Under the pieces are notes generated by a model. That model saw only the letters and a list, made by a program, of their open reading frames with translations, was not told the DNA's origin and made no database searches. From the NCBI GenBank assembly GCA_035221665.1, contig CM069168.1, forward strand, positions 6,386,001 through 6,450,000: DNA of 64,000 nt, in the 5' to 3' direction. The position numbers were made by a program, and so were the translations under genes. Every line of letters starts with the position of its first letter. Positions within the stretch are counted from its first letter, which is position 1. The stretch is from Okamejei kenojei. Lineage: Eukaryota. Positions 1-12,181 of this stretch are shown piece by piece.

Positions 1-826
1 ATTGTCCTGTCAGGGACACATGACAATAAACTCCCTTGACTTGACTTGACTGGAAAGACAAAAAGATAACGAAGTTAACCATTAAATAATAGTGTTGTTT
101 TCAAATGACTTTAGTTTAGTTTAGAGAAACGCCACAGAAACAGACTTTTCAGCCCACCAAATCTGCAACGACCAGCGATCCCTGTACATCAACACCACCC
201 ATACACACACTAGGAACAATTTTTACGTTGTAAAAATATTCATACCAAGGCAATTAACCTACAAACTAGTACGTCTTTGAAGTGTGGGAGGAAACCGAAG
301 ATCTTGGAAAAAACCCCACGCTGGTTACAGGGAGAACGTACAAACTCCGTACAGACAGCACCCGTGGTCGGGATCGAACCCGGTCTCTGGCGCTGTAAGG
401 CAGTAGCTCTAACACCACCACAATGTTGTTTAGAATGGGATGAGCGATTCCATATGGCATTTCCCACACAGCTTCATTTACTCCAGCTTCCCCTTTTGCA
501 GGCCACCCTCGGGTTACGGATGCATTCCACTTTTACAGACGTCCCCAAGTCAATTTTGTTCACAAAATTGGAAAATTGAAAAAACAAAAATTACTCGATT
601 TGGTAACTATGCTACCACAGTATTGTAGGCCGGGTCGAGAGGCTCCAACGACGCAGAGGCTCGACCAACCCCGGCCCGGGGTTCGATTGCTGGCGCGAGG
701 AAGATTACATTCCCCCCGATGCAGGAGCTGATTGCCCTGATGCAGAGGGCCCATACGCTGCCGGCTACAAGAGTCAAGATCGTCCCATCAACGAAGGGCT
801 CGAGGCCCCCGACCGTGGGAGAGCAA

Positions 827-1320
827 TTCTTGCTATTGAGGGAGTGCAGCGTAGGTTTACAAGGTTGATTCCCGGGATGGCGGGACTGTCATATGCTGCG
901 AGAGTGGAGGGGCTGGGCTTGTACACTCTGGAGTTTAGAAGGATGAGAAGGGATCTCATTGAAACATATAAGATTGTTAAGGGTTTGAGGCAGGAAACAT
1001 GTTCCCGATGTTGGGGGAGTTCAGAACCAGGGGCCACAGTTTAAGAATAAGGAGTAAGCCATTTAGAACAGAGACGAAGAAACACTTTTTCTCACAGAGA
1101 GTTGTGAGTCTGTCGAATTCTCTGCCTCAGAGGGCAGTGGAGGCAGGTTCTCTGGATGCTTTCAAGAGAGAGCTAGATAGGGCTCTTGAAAATAGCGGAG
1201 TCAGGGGATATGGGGAGAAAGCAGATACTGATTGGGGATGATCAGCCATTATCACATTAAATGGTGGTGCTGCCTCGAAGGGCCGAATGGCCTACTCCTG
1301 CACCTATTGTCTATTGTCAA
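827..1320 (+). mobile_element. CR1/HER1 LINE 3' fragment
   Basis: LAIEGVQRRFTRLIPGMAGLSY...RTRGHSLRI...FFSQRVV..W/SNSLP plus the CR1 3' UTR. Confidence 0.85.
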
Positions 1321-2202
1321 TAGGTGAGATTGAACTTTTTTTCGTCTTCCATCAAGTGAGGAATGTGGAGGAGTCACTGTGGTGGATGTTTATGTTAAAA
1401 TGCATTTTATGTGTTCCGTTGCTTTTTATTTGCATGATGACTGACTAGGCAAATGAAATTCCTCGTATGTTGCAAAACATACTTGGCCAATCAAGTATTA
1501 TTGTGAGTGTATTGTAATGAATGGTGTTGGTCAGGGCCAATTAAGGACACATTAGGGAACATTAATATTCATCTGGTCTGAAGAATGATCTCAACCCAAA
1601 ACGTCACCCATTTCATCTCTCCAGAGATGCTGCCTGTCCCACTGAGTCACGCCAGTATTTTGTGTCTATCTTCCATTATTATTTATTTTATTTTCTTCCC
1701 CAGCCAGGTCACAATGGTACAAAAACAGGATGTCCCATGCTTTATGGCTGGTTTCAATGCTCGTGTCAGTGACTGTTACATTGCACAATAGACTTGTTGT
1801 ACAAGTGTCAATGGGCACGAGTGCTTATCAGTTTCCAAACCAACTCCCTCAATCTCCCCCAGTGAAACTAGCAGCCCGTGTTCATAAGAGACAATGGGGT
1901 CTGTTCATTTGTCGTTCATTTGAATTGAATAATATTTATTACTCATTCGTAAATATGAGATATCCATAACTTTGGCGTACAAAACCTACCCACCCAGTTT
2001 AATCCAAAACAAATAAGTCAGTGTTATGTAGATACAACAATATTACTACATTTCTGGGGTTCAGGATGACATAACAGCATATTTCAAAATTGTCCCTTTG
2101 TCAACGAGACAAGTGCATCTACAGAGCATGTCTTTTTGGCGATTGACACAAAAAGCTGGACTAACTCAGCGAGACAGGCAGCATCTCTAGAGAAAAAGAA
2201 TG

Positions 2203-2236
2203 GGTGACGTTTCGGGTCGAGACCCTTCTTCAGACT
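2203..2236 (-). ncRNA. Minimal hammerhead motif in a Penelope-derived repeat (2140-2720)
   Basis: AGTCTGAAGAAGGGTCTCGACCCGAAACGTCACC on the minus strand. Confidence 0.55.
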
Positions 2237-3156
2237 GGTTAGGGATAATGGAAAAGAGAGATATAACATGGTGATGTGGAGAGATAAAAAAACAATGAAT
2301 GAAAGATATGCAAAAAAGTAATGGTGATAAAGGAAGTAGGCCATTGCTGGCTGTGTGTAGGGTGAAAATGAGAAGCTAGTGCGACTTGGGTGGGAAAGGG
2401 ATAGAGAGAGAGAGGGAATGCCGGGGCTACCTGAAGATTCACCACCCTTTGACTAACCTGAAAGGACTGTTGGGGTCCCTGGACAGAGTTGAGGGAGGAG
2501 GTATAGCGACAGGTGTTGCATTTTCTGCGGTTGAAGGGGAAGGTGCCGGAGTGGGGGTGGTTTGGGTGGGAAGTGATGAGTTTAACCAGGAAGTTGGGGA
2601 GGGAACGGTCTCTACATCACCCATTCCTTTTCTTCGGAAATGCTGCCTGTCCCGCTGAGTTACTCCAGTTTTTTGTGTCTATCTTTGGTTTAAACCAGCA
2701 CCTGCAGTTCCATCCTACCAATTATTTATTTTTGGAGATCAGGATCATGATTTTTTAATGTTTACGGCAAGATACAAGAATTGTCTGTCTCCTTAGTCTA
2801 GATCGGACATTTCAGAGACTTGGAAATTGCAAGCTGGAGTCGCTTCGTGGCGATTGCATGCTGTTTTGAAAGTGAATCTAATGACAGACACAAAATATTA
2901 GACTAACAGCATCTCTGGAGAGAAGGAATGGGTGATGTAGACTCATTGTTTTAGGTTGAGACCCTTCTTCAGACTATATCATTGTATGTTATGATTTGAT
3001 GGATAGCATGCAGAACGAGCATCTTGCTGTATCTCTGTACACGTCACAATAAAGATCCCGCTCATCCAAAATTCCTTTCCCAGCTGCTGGGCTTCAAGCT
3101 TGTACAGAAATGAGAAGACAAAACTATAATGCAAATGAAAACTACAATGCTCTAAC

Positions 3157-3289
3157 CTTCGAAAGCCTCCCGTTAACGTTATAATTGCATCAGGCAGAAA
3201 TCTGTGTACAGCTCTTTCCACAAAGTGCTTGATCCAATCTGCCTCTGCCCTTGTAACTGGTGCACAGAGGTCATTATGATACAACAGAC
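3157..3289 (-). CDS. POLM: POLM coding exon 7 (palm start); the rest of the gene lies beyond the window start
   Basis: 133 nt, AG/GT; (G)LLYHNDLCAPVTRAEADWIKHFVERAVHRFLPDAIITLTGGFRR with the Pol X TGGFRR motif. Confidence 0.92.
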
Positions 3290-3504
3290 CTGGAAAACAA
3301 AAGAGTTACCCATAGTAAAGCAAGGACTATTGTCAACTATTTGAAATGTTTTGAAATATTGTCCAGTTAACACAGTTCCCTATCGCCCACGATGACTAAA
3401 GGGTGCGTTGCTCCAAGGCTTTCACAACAGTTACTCCTGCCATTATGTTAGCATTTGGAAACTCCGCAACTTACTGCCCTAATGTACAGTAATGTACAGC
3501 TCTG

Positions 3505-4255
3505 CATTTGGAGTATTGTGAGCAATTTTGGGCTCCATATCTGAGGAAGGATGTGCTGGCTCTGGAGAGGGTCCAGAGGAGGTTTACGAGAATGATCCCG
3601 GGAATAAGTGGGTTAACATACGATGAGCGTTTGACGGCACTGGGCCTGTACTCGCTGGAGTTTAGAAGGGTGAGGGGGACCTCAATGTAACTTACCGAAT
3701 AGTGAAAGGCCAGGATAGAGTGGATGTGGAGCAGATGTTTCCAATTGGGGGAAGAGTCTAGGACCAGAAATCACAGCCTCAGAACTAAAGGATGTATCCT
3801 TTGGAAGGAGATGAGGAGGAATCTCTTTAGTCAGAGGGTGGTGAATCTCTGGAACTAATTGCCACAGAAGGCTGTGGAGGCCAAGTCAATGTATTCAAGA
3901 AGGAACTGCAGACGCTGGAAAATCGAAGATAGACAAAAATGCCGGAGGAACTCAGCGGGTGCTGCAGCATCTATGGAGGGAAGGAAATAGGCAACGTTTT
4001 GGGCCGAAACATTGCCTATTTCCTTTGCTCCAAAGATGCTGCCGCACCCGCTGAGTTTCTCCGGCACTTTTGTGTACCAAGTCAATGTATGATTTTAAGG
4101 CAGAGATACATCGATTGTTGATTAGTGCAGGTGTCAGAGGTTATGAGGAGAAGGCGGAATGGGGTGAGGAGGAACGATAGATCTGCCATGATTAAATGGC
4201 AGAGTAGACTTGATGGGCCAAATGGCCTAATTCTGTTCCTATGACTTATGACCTT
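3505..4255 (+). mobile_element. CR1 LINE 3' fragment
   Basis: LEYCEQFWAPYLRKDVLALERVQRRFTRMIPG; interrupted by the 3895-4076 insertion. Confidence 0.85.
3895..4076. mobile_element. Penelope-derived fold-back insertion inside a CR1 fragment
   Basis: 14-bp TSD CCAAGTCAATGTAT (3881-3894, 4077-4090); inverted arms. Confidence 0.75.
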
Positions 4256-5668
4256 ATGAGCAACATCTCCATTAGTGCAGAGGAACACGTTAACATGAAC
4301 AGGTTAATGGGTCAAAAGCGAGTTAATTCTTCTCTTCCTTTCCTCTGCTTTCTTCTTCCTCTTTTACTTGCTCATAAAACATAATCTGCATTTCAATTTC
4401 TCATGTAGAAAGAAACAAAGAACTGCTGATGCTGCTTTACGAAGACACAAAATACTGGAGTAACTTAGTGGGTCAGGAAGCATCCTGGAGAACATGGATA
4501 GAGGAGGTTTTAGGTTGCGACCCTTCTTCCTAATGTGGATAGGTGATGTATCGGTTCAGGACCCTTTTTCCGAACAGGGATACTGATGTTTTGGGGTGGG
4601 ACCGTTCCTCCAACATGGATAGGTGAAGTTTCTGGTCAGGACGCTTCTATCTAACCAAATAGGTGAACAAGATAGGTCTTTATTCTTTGGAGCGCAGAAG
4701 GTTAAGAGGGGACTTGATAGAGGTCTTTAAAATTATGAGAGGGATAGACAGAGTTGACAGAGTGGATAAGCTTTTTTCCATTGAGATTAGGGAAGATTCA
4801 AACAAGAGGACATGATTTGAGAATTAAGGGCCAAAAGTTTAAGGGCAACATGAGGGGAACTTCTTTACTCAGAGAGTGGTAGCTGTGTGGAATGAGCTTC
4901 CAGTGGAAGTGGTGGAGGCAGGTTTGATTTTATCATTTAAAAATAAATTGGATAGGTATATGGACGGGAAGGGAATGGAGGGTTATGGTCTGAGTGCAGG
5001 TAGATGAGACGAGGTGAGAGTAAGTGTTCGTCACAGACTAGATGGGCCGAGATGGCCTGTTTCCGTGCTGTCATTGTTATATGGTTTTGGGTCGGCACAC
5101 TTCTTCTTACTTTCTCATGCCTGCACCCCCACCTCAATGGAGGTGGTACAGTGGCAGAGTTGCTGCTACACAGCGCCAGAGATCCGGGTTCCATCCTGAC
5201 TGTGGGTACTGCCTGGAGGGAGTTTGTACCTCTTCCCTGCGATCATGTGGGTTTTCTCTGGGTGCTCGCGTTTCCTCCCACACTCCAAAGACGTACAGGT
5301 CTGCAGGTTAATTGACCGGTAAAAATTGTCCCCAGTGTACGTGGTGATCACTGGTCAGCATGGACTCGGTGGGCCGAAGGGCCTGTTTCCATGCTGTATC
5401 TTTAATATCAAAGCCTCATTTATAACTTCATGCAGACCTAGAGTATTGTAGCATCCCTCCATTTCTTTAATTCTGACCTGTGACTCTCGTCATTCAAGCA
5501 CAATAATTAACACTGAATTCCCCATATTCACGATTCTAGGAACACACGAACACGACCAAGCCTTTAGTTACTCCTTCTAACTTCACCTCTATTGCTTGGG
5601 GCCAACATTTGCCTGGTTATGCAACTATGAAACATCTGTGATTTGTTAGTCCAGACCACTGGATTACT

Positions 5669-5756
5669 GAAGAAGGGTTTCGGCCCGAAACGTTGCCTAT
5701 CTCCTTCGCTCCTTGGATGCTGCTGCACCCGCTGAGTTTCTCCAGCTTTTTGTGTA
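5669..5756 (+). mobile_element. 88-bp Penelope-derived insertion (hammerhead core + tail)
   Basis: 12-bp TSD CACTGGATTACT (5657-5668, 5757-5768); (CT)GAAGAAGGGTTTCGGCCCGAAACGTT. Confidence 0.7.
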
Positions 5757-6044
5757 CACTGGATTACTAATCTAGTTTTAAAAAAGCCAGTATGTTAATC
5801 AGGGTGTGACTCTGTGCAAACACTACAATGTTTCTGCTGCCTTTTGAATGTCTCACACGATTACAAACAGGCACTTCAGGCTTCTTCAGCCTTTGCCAAG
5901 TTGCAAAGCAAAGCTGTCCAAAATCCACAAGGAGGAAGCCCAACAGGCACCACTGTGCAATAAAGTAGAAAACTGTGAGCTATGAATTTGGCAAAGCTGC
6001 AATATCCTATCCTAACCCTCTTTCCAACTTAAATAGGGCCATCA

Positions 6045-7130
6045 AGTCACATAGGCCCTTCAACCCGACTCAACCATGCCAACAAAGAAGTCCTATCTAC
6101 CCAGGTTTGGCCCATATCCCTCTAAATCTTTCATATCCATGTACCTGGTCAAATTTATTTTAAAGCGTTGTTATAGTACTTAACTACTTCCTCCGGCCCC
6201 TCAGGTTCCTATTTAATCTTTCTCACCCTAAACCTCTGTCCTCGAGTTCTCGATTCCCCTAACCTAGGAAAAAATCCACTGTATCTATTTGCCTCATGAT
6301 TATATACACTTCTAAAAGATCACAATTCGGACTTCTGTGCTCCAAGGAATAAATTCCCAGCCTGGTCAACCTTTCCCTATGACCCAAGCCCTGATATCCT
6401 GGCAACATCCTTATAAATCTTCACTGTACTCTTTCCAATTTAACGCCTTCCTTCCAAATGCGTAGGTGACCAAAACTGAACACAATATCCATATTCTGCC
6501 TCAGCAACATCTTATACAACTGGAACATAACTTTCCAACTTCTATAGTCAGTTTCCTGACTGATGAAGCCCAGCGGGCCAAAAGCCTTCTTCACCACCCT
6601 ATCTTCCGGTGACACCATTTTCATTGAACTCCTTGATCCCTTCCCAGGGCCTACCATTCACTGTGAAGGTCCTGCCCTGGTTTGTTGTCTCTTATCCAAA
6701 GTGAACTTCTTTGCCATTGCTTGACCCACATGCTCAGCTGATCATCATCTGCTTATTCTTGATAACCATCTTCGTCATCAGTGATACCACCTATTTTAGC
6801 ATCTGCAAACATAATAATTCCTTGAACATTCTCATCCAAATAGTTGGTATAGATGGCAAATGGCAATGGACCTAATACCGATCCTTGAGGCACATCACTA
6901 GTCATAGGCCTCCAGGCTGGAAAACGACCTTCCAACACCATCCGGCATGTTTTAAATTCTGTATCCAGTTAGCTCGGTCACCCTGGATCTTGTGCAATCT
7001 AACATTCCAGAGCAGCCACCATGTGGGACCTTATCAAAGACCTTGCTGAGGTCCAAATGGCCAACGTCTATGCCTCTGCTCTCAGCAACCCATTTGGTTT
7101 CTTCTTCAAACAAAACCTATCAATTCGTGA
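6045..7130 (-). mobile_element. CR1 LINE RT fragment
   Basis: VPQGSVLGPL.F.IY.N.LD and KLERVQ motifs. Confidence 0.8.
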
Positions 7131-7136
7131 CTCATA

Positions 7137-7763
7137 GGTAGACAAAAATGCTGGAGAAACTCAGCGGGTGAGGCAGCATCTATGGAGCGAAAGAATAAGT
7201 GACGTTTCGGGTCGAGACCCTTCTTCAGACTGATGTGGGGATGGGGGGGGGGGTGGGATGAAGAAAGGAAGAGGCGGAGACAGTGGGCTGTGGGAGAGCT
7301 GGGCAGGGGAGGGAGGGAGAAAGCAAGGACTACCTGAAATTGGAGGTCAATGTTCATACTGCTGGGGTGTAAACTACCCAAGCGAAATACCTCCGCTCGG
7401 TTCGCAATAACCAACCTGATCTCCCGGTGGCTCAGCACTTCAACTCCTCCTCCCATTCCGAATCTGACCTTTCTGTCCTGGGCCTCCTCCATGGCTAGAG
7501 TGAGGCCCACCGTAAATTGGAGGAACAGCACCTCATATTTCGCTTGGGTAGTTTGCACCCCAGCGGTATGAACATTGACGTCCAATTTTAGGCAGTCTCT
7601 GCTTTCTCCTTCTTTCGCCTCCCCTTCCCAGCTCCCCTACAGCCCACTGTCTGCGCCTCTTCCTTTCTTCTTCCCGCTCCATAAATGCTGCCTCACCCGC
7701 TGAGTTTCTCCAGCATTTTTGTCTACCTTCGATTTTCCAGCATCAGCAGTTCCTTCTTAAACA
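7137..7763 (+). mobile_element. Penelope-like element fragment with inverted pseudo-LTR
   Basis: 7391-7591 encodes a GIY-YIG endonuclease C-terminus (PDLPVAQHFNSSSHS..DLSVLGL..RKLEEQHLIFRLGSLHPSGMN); 7137-7390 is an inverted copy of the 3' end. Confidence 0.8.
7198..7231 (-). ncRNA. Minimal hammerhead ribozyme motif (Penelope-associated)
   Basis: AGT CTGAAGA A GGGTC-TC-GACCC GAAA CG TC ACT: CUGANGA and GAAA core boxes, stem II, palindromic stem III, short stem I. Confidence 0.6.
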
Positions 7764-8087
7764 ATTTGTGTCTCTTGATCTCCCACACAAAACTATGCTG
7801 ACCCTCTATAACAACCCCGTCTTTCCAAATGCATGTGTATCTCGCCCCCTCAGATTCCTCGCCAAGAACTTTCCTACAATGGATTTTAAATTCACTGGTC
7901 TACAGTTCTGTATCCAGTTAGCTTCTTGTCTTGTGTAAGAAGGAACTGCAGATGCTGATTTAAACCGAAGATAGACAGACACAAAAAGCTGGAGTAACTC
8001 ACGGGACAGGCAGCATCTCTGGAGAGAAGGAATGGGTGAGACCCTTCTTCAGACTGGTTAGGGATAAGGGAAACATGAGATATAGAC

Positions 8088-8477
8088 CAATGATCCTATA
8101 GCGGAGCAAGATAGACCACTCCTGCTAAATGCAATGGGCTGACGTTTAGTACGCAACGGAGCGGAATGTGGGCCTTTTTTTCATACATTTCAGTAACCTG
8201 ACCCGACTCGCAGTATAATCAGCGTTGCGGGGGAACAGTGTGTTAATAAATTATATTTCTGAGGAGAAGGTATTTACCAAAGAACTTTTATTTTTACGAG
8301 GATGTTTCCGTAACCGGCTTCCGTCTCCGCACTGGTATCTTTGCTCCGCTATGGGACCTTTGGTGCGGAGACGGAAGCCGGTTACGGAAATGGGGTTGAA
8401 AATTCCCATGACTCTGCCCATGACCGTACTACGTCTTGCTCGTCGAGTGGGCTATCTTGCTCGCTACATTGTCTTTG
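8088..8477. mobile_element. hAT-like MITE (CAAAGATCCTATAG family)
   Basis: TIR-like ends CAATGATCCTATAGCGGAGCAAGATAG...CTATCTTGCTCGCTACATTGTCTTTG; internal hairpin 8305-8390; inverted second copy at 51041-51412. Confidence 0.7.
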
Positions 8478-9202
8478 GTAGCGACGGTGATGTTGAGAGA
8501 TAAAGAACAATGAATGAAAGATAAGCAAAAAAGTAACCACGATAAAGGAAACGGGCTATTGTTTGCTGTTCGTAGGATCAAAATGAGAAGCTAGTGCGAC
8601 TTGGGTGGGGGAGGGATAGAGAGAGAGGGAATGCCGGGGTTACCTGAAGAAAGAGAGATCAATATTCATGATTGTAAGCTGCCCAAGCAAAATATGAGAT
8701 GCTCTTCCTCCAATTTGCGTTTAGCCTCACCGTGACAATGGAGGAGACCTAGTTCTTTATCTTTGCAGCTTCTTAACCAGAGACACACCATTAACCACCG
8801 TCTAATTTTCTGGCACTCACCAATGTCTAACAATGGTGCAGATAACTCAGCCGGGTTCCTGCAATTTCTTTTCCACATTCCCAGTGTCCTTGGATATACC
8901 TGATCACGGCCAGATTTATCTACTTCCATATGTTTTAGGACATCCAGCATTTTCTCTACTGCAATACAGACTTTCATCAAGAATCCTCATTAACTTTCCC
9001 AAATCCCCTGGACTTTGTGTCCTACCTATACTTCTACTGGAATTTGTGATAATTCATGTGTGAGATTTGACATTATTGCCAAAATTGTTCTCCCGTGAAT
9101 AGTCTTCCTTGTTATAAAATGGAAATCGATCTTTTGTCTCCAATTGGAAAGATTTATTTTTCAAAGTATTAGCTGGTTCCCACTTCATCCCAGATTCTTT
9201 CA

Positions 9203-9412
<210 letters not shown>

Positions 9413-9583
9413 CTACAGGACCAGAAACAAGGCTTACACATCGGGGTAACCAGTTACTGACCAACTTGTTACAATCAATAACAGGGTCCTGTCCAACTGA
9501 TTGCTATTCGCAAATAGGTAAAGAATTCCAATTGCATTACAACCATCTCAACCAGGCACTTCACAGCTAAGTTAAAAGTATTA

Positions 9584-9729
9584 AGGGCCGGTTCCACTTA
9601 CGCGACTTTTTCGGCGACTGCCGGCACCCGTCATAGGTCGCCGGAAGTTTTCAACATGTTGAAAATTTACGGCCACGTATGACGGGTGCCGGCAATCGCC
9701 GAAAAAGTCGCGTAAGTGGGACATGTCNT
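9584..9729. mobile_element. PIF/Harbinger-like palindromic MITE
   Basis: Near-perfect palindrome AGGGCC..CCACTTACGCGACTTTTTCGGCG...CGCCGAAAAAGTCGCGTAAGTGGGAC with TTA on both sides; contains one N. Confidence 0.7.
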
Positions 9730-9889
9730 TTAGCAGTCTGAAGAAGGGTCTCGACCCAAAACTTCATCCATTCCTTCTATCCAGAGATGCTGCCTGCCCC
9801 GCTGAGTTACTCCAGCGTTTTGCATCTATCTAATAGCATTTCCAGTTTTGTCTCTGTTCTAATGCACAATCTCTGGCAGATATTTTCTG

Positions 9890-10075
9890 TGTAGCAAACA
9901 CTCAGAACAGGGATCATGTTCTTTTTTTTTTCAAACATGTTGAATGAGCAATAAATGTTGGCCAAAACATAAAGCCTCCCCTCCGCTGCTCTTTAAAATA
10001 CTGCCAGCTGATATTTTCCCATCCATTCAGAGAACAGCTGGATATTGGTTTAACATGTCATCTGAAAGGCAGCAA
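9890..10075 (-). mobile_element. Deu-domain SINE (SacSINE1-like) remnant
   Basis: Minus strand GCTGCCTTTCAGATGACATGTTAAACC...GGCAGTATTTTAAAGAGCAG...TGGCCAACATTTATT resembles the Deu core. Confidence 0.5.
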
Positions 10076-11827
10076 GAAGCAAAATGCTGAAGGAACTCAG
10101 TGGGTCAGGCAGCATCTGTGGAAGCAGAAGCATTATCGATGTTTCTGGGTGAGACCCTGCAATAGGAACTGAATTCTTCCACTGGTTGTCTTTCCAGATT
10201 CCAGTCTCAGGTCTTCAGATGAAAGACACTTCCTCCAATTTTGCACCATTCCTTCGCTACCTGACTTTGATGCAGAGACAACAACCTGGCTACTCAACAC
10301 CCGGCTTGAGATCTAACTATTCCTTTCGTTTATGTTTCATTCGCAAGAGGAAGACTACTTGGCTGAAGTGTCAGCCTGGATTTTGTGCGCATGTTGCTGT
10401 GACAAAGGACTGCACTCGTCCAAAATTTACCAAAAGCCCTGCTTGCATATCAAAATTAGATTAAACATTTCCTGTATAGCAGAAACATGAAGCTATAATT
10501 GATCACAAAAGCAATTTGAAACCCAGCATCATTGTAACAATGTAAGAAAAGAAACTGCAGATGATGGTTTATACCAAAGATAGACATGGGGGCATAGCAG
10601 TAGAGCTACTGACTTATAGAGCCAGAGACCCGGGTTCGATCCTGAGTATGGGTGCTGTCTGTACGGAGTTTGTACGTTCTCTCCGTGACGTGCGTGTGTG
10701 TTCTCCGGGTGATTCTATTATCTATTAGCTTTGGTTTCCTCCCACACTCCAAAGATGTACAGGTTTGCAGGTTAATTGGCTTGTATAAATGTAAAACTGT
10801 CTCCATTATGCGTAGGGTAGTGTTAATGTGCAAGGATCGCTGGTCGGTACTGACTCGGTGGGCTGAAGGGCCTGTTTCCGCATTGTATCTCTAAACTAAA
10901 CTGAACTAAGCAAAATGCTGGAGTAACTCAGCAAATCAGGCATCATCTCTGGAGAAAATGGGTAGGTGGTGTTTCGAGTTTAATCAGACATCTTCAGCCT
11001 AAAGGGTCCTGACCCGAAACGTCAACCCATCCATTTTCTCCAGAGATGATGCATGACCCACTGAGTCACTGCATTTTGTGTCTATCATTTGAAAAATACT
11101 TCTGGATGAGCAGCTAGATTACTGTTTTGACCAGAACCTTTACTTGAGAACACCAAGACTCCCTGGAAGGGTCTCGACCAGAAATGTCACCCATTCCTTC
11201 TCTCCAGATATGCTGGCTATCCCGCTGAGTTACTCCAGCATTTTGTGTCTATCTTCGAAACGTTGGTCTTTTCAAAAAGCGATTGACATTAACCACTGAA
11301 AAATTATCCTAGTAATAGTCATTGTATTAATGTTGCCGTTAGTTTAAACTAGTTTAGATGTAGCATTGTCCACGCCGACCAGCGATCGTCCATTCACACA
11401 CCGTTCTACACACCTTACGCCATAGGCGCAATGTACAGAGTCCAATTACCCTACAAACCCAAAGCTCTATGGGATGTGGGAGGAAACCGGAGCATCCAGA
11501 GGAAACCCACACGGCCACAGGGAGAACGTGCAGACTCCACACAGACAGCATCAGGGGTCAGGATTGAACCTGGGTTACTGGCGCAGTGAAACAGCGACTC
11601 TAACAGCTGTGCCACTGTGCCATTCTAACCAACTACTTTTTCGGATATGTCCCAGACTCGGTCCTGAAACCCATCTGTAAATCGTCCAAACAATAAAGTG
11701 CTGGAGGAGCTCAGAGGGTCAAGTACCATCTGTGGAGGGAAATAGACTGGCAAAGTTTCTGGTCAGGATCCTTCTTCAACCTCAATCTGAAACATCGCCT
11801 GTCCATACCATTCTCACTCAGGCCTAC

Positions 11828-11899
11828 CTTTAGAGTACGATATCTCTCATTCTGGAGTATATTTCCAACTTCACTACAAGTTCCATCTTCAAGGATTTC
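11828..11899 (-). CDS. POLM: POLM coding exon 5
   Basis: 72 nt, AG/GT; EILEDGTCSEVGNILQNERYRTLK. Confidence 0.92.
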
Positions 11900-12042
11900 C
11901 TGCAGCAAAGAATAAGGAGACTTTTCTTCATTTCTTGCAAATAGCCAGAACAGCAACTCTCAATCTTGACATTTGCTAATCTTAATTTTTCCTCTGGAAA
12001 GTAATTTCCTTTTTCTGCATCAACATTAAGACTTAAGTGACT

Positions 12043-12181
12043 TCTTCTTCTTGCGTATGGCGTGCACGGCCTGAAGTTGTCGGACAACTTGTTCTATTTG
12101 ATGTTATTTGATTGTGCGCGGCAGGTTGATTGCATTCGTCGAAACAGGGCGGACCACGTGAAGGTTGCAATCTCCCACCCC
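12043..12181 (-). mobile_element. Short non-autonomous retroposon (RTE-type (GAA)n tail) with a ribozyme head
   Basis: Exact 12-bp TSD ACTTAAGTGACT (12031-12042, 12182-12193); minus-strand 3' end ...CATACGCAAGAAGAAGA. Confidence 0.85.
12128..12181 (-). ncRNA. Minimal HDV-like (CPEB3-like) self-cleaving ribozyme, predicted
   Basis: GGGGTGG(P1) GA GATTGCA(P2) ACC(P3) TTCACGT(L3) GGT(P3') CCGCCCT(P1', G1.U wobble) GTTTCGA C GAA TGCAATC(P2'); P4 absent. Confidence 0.8.
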
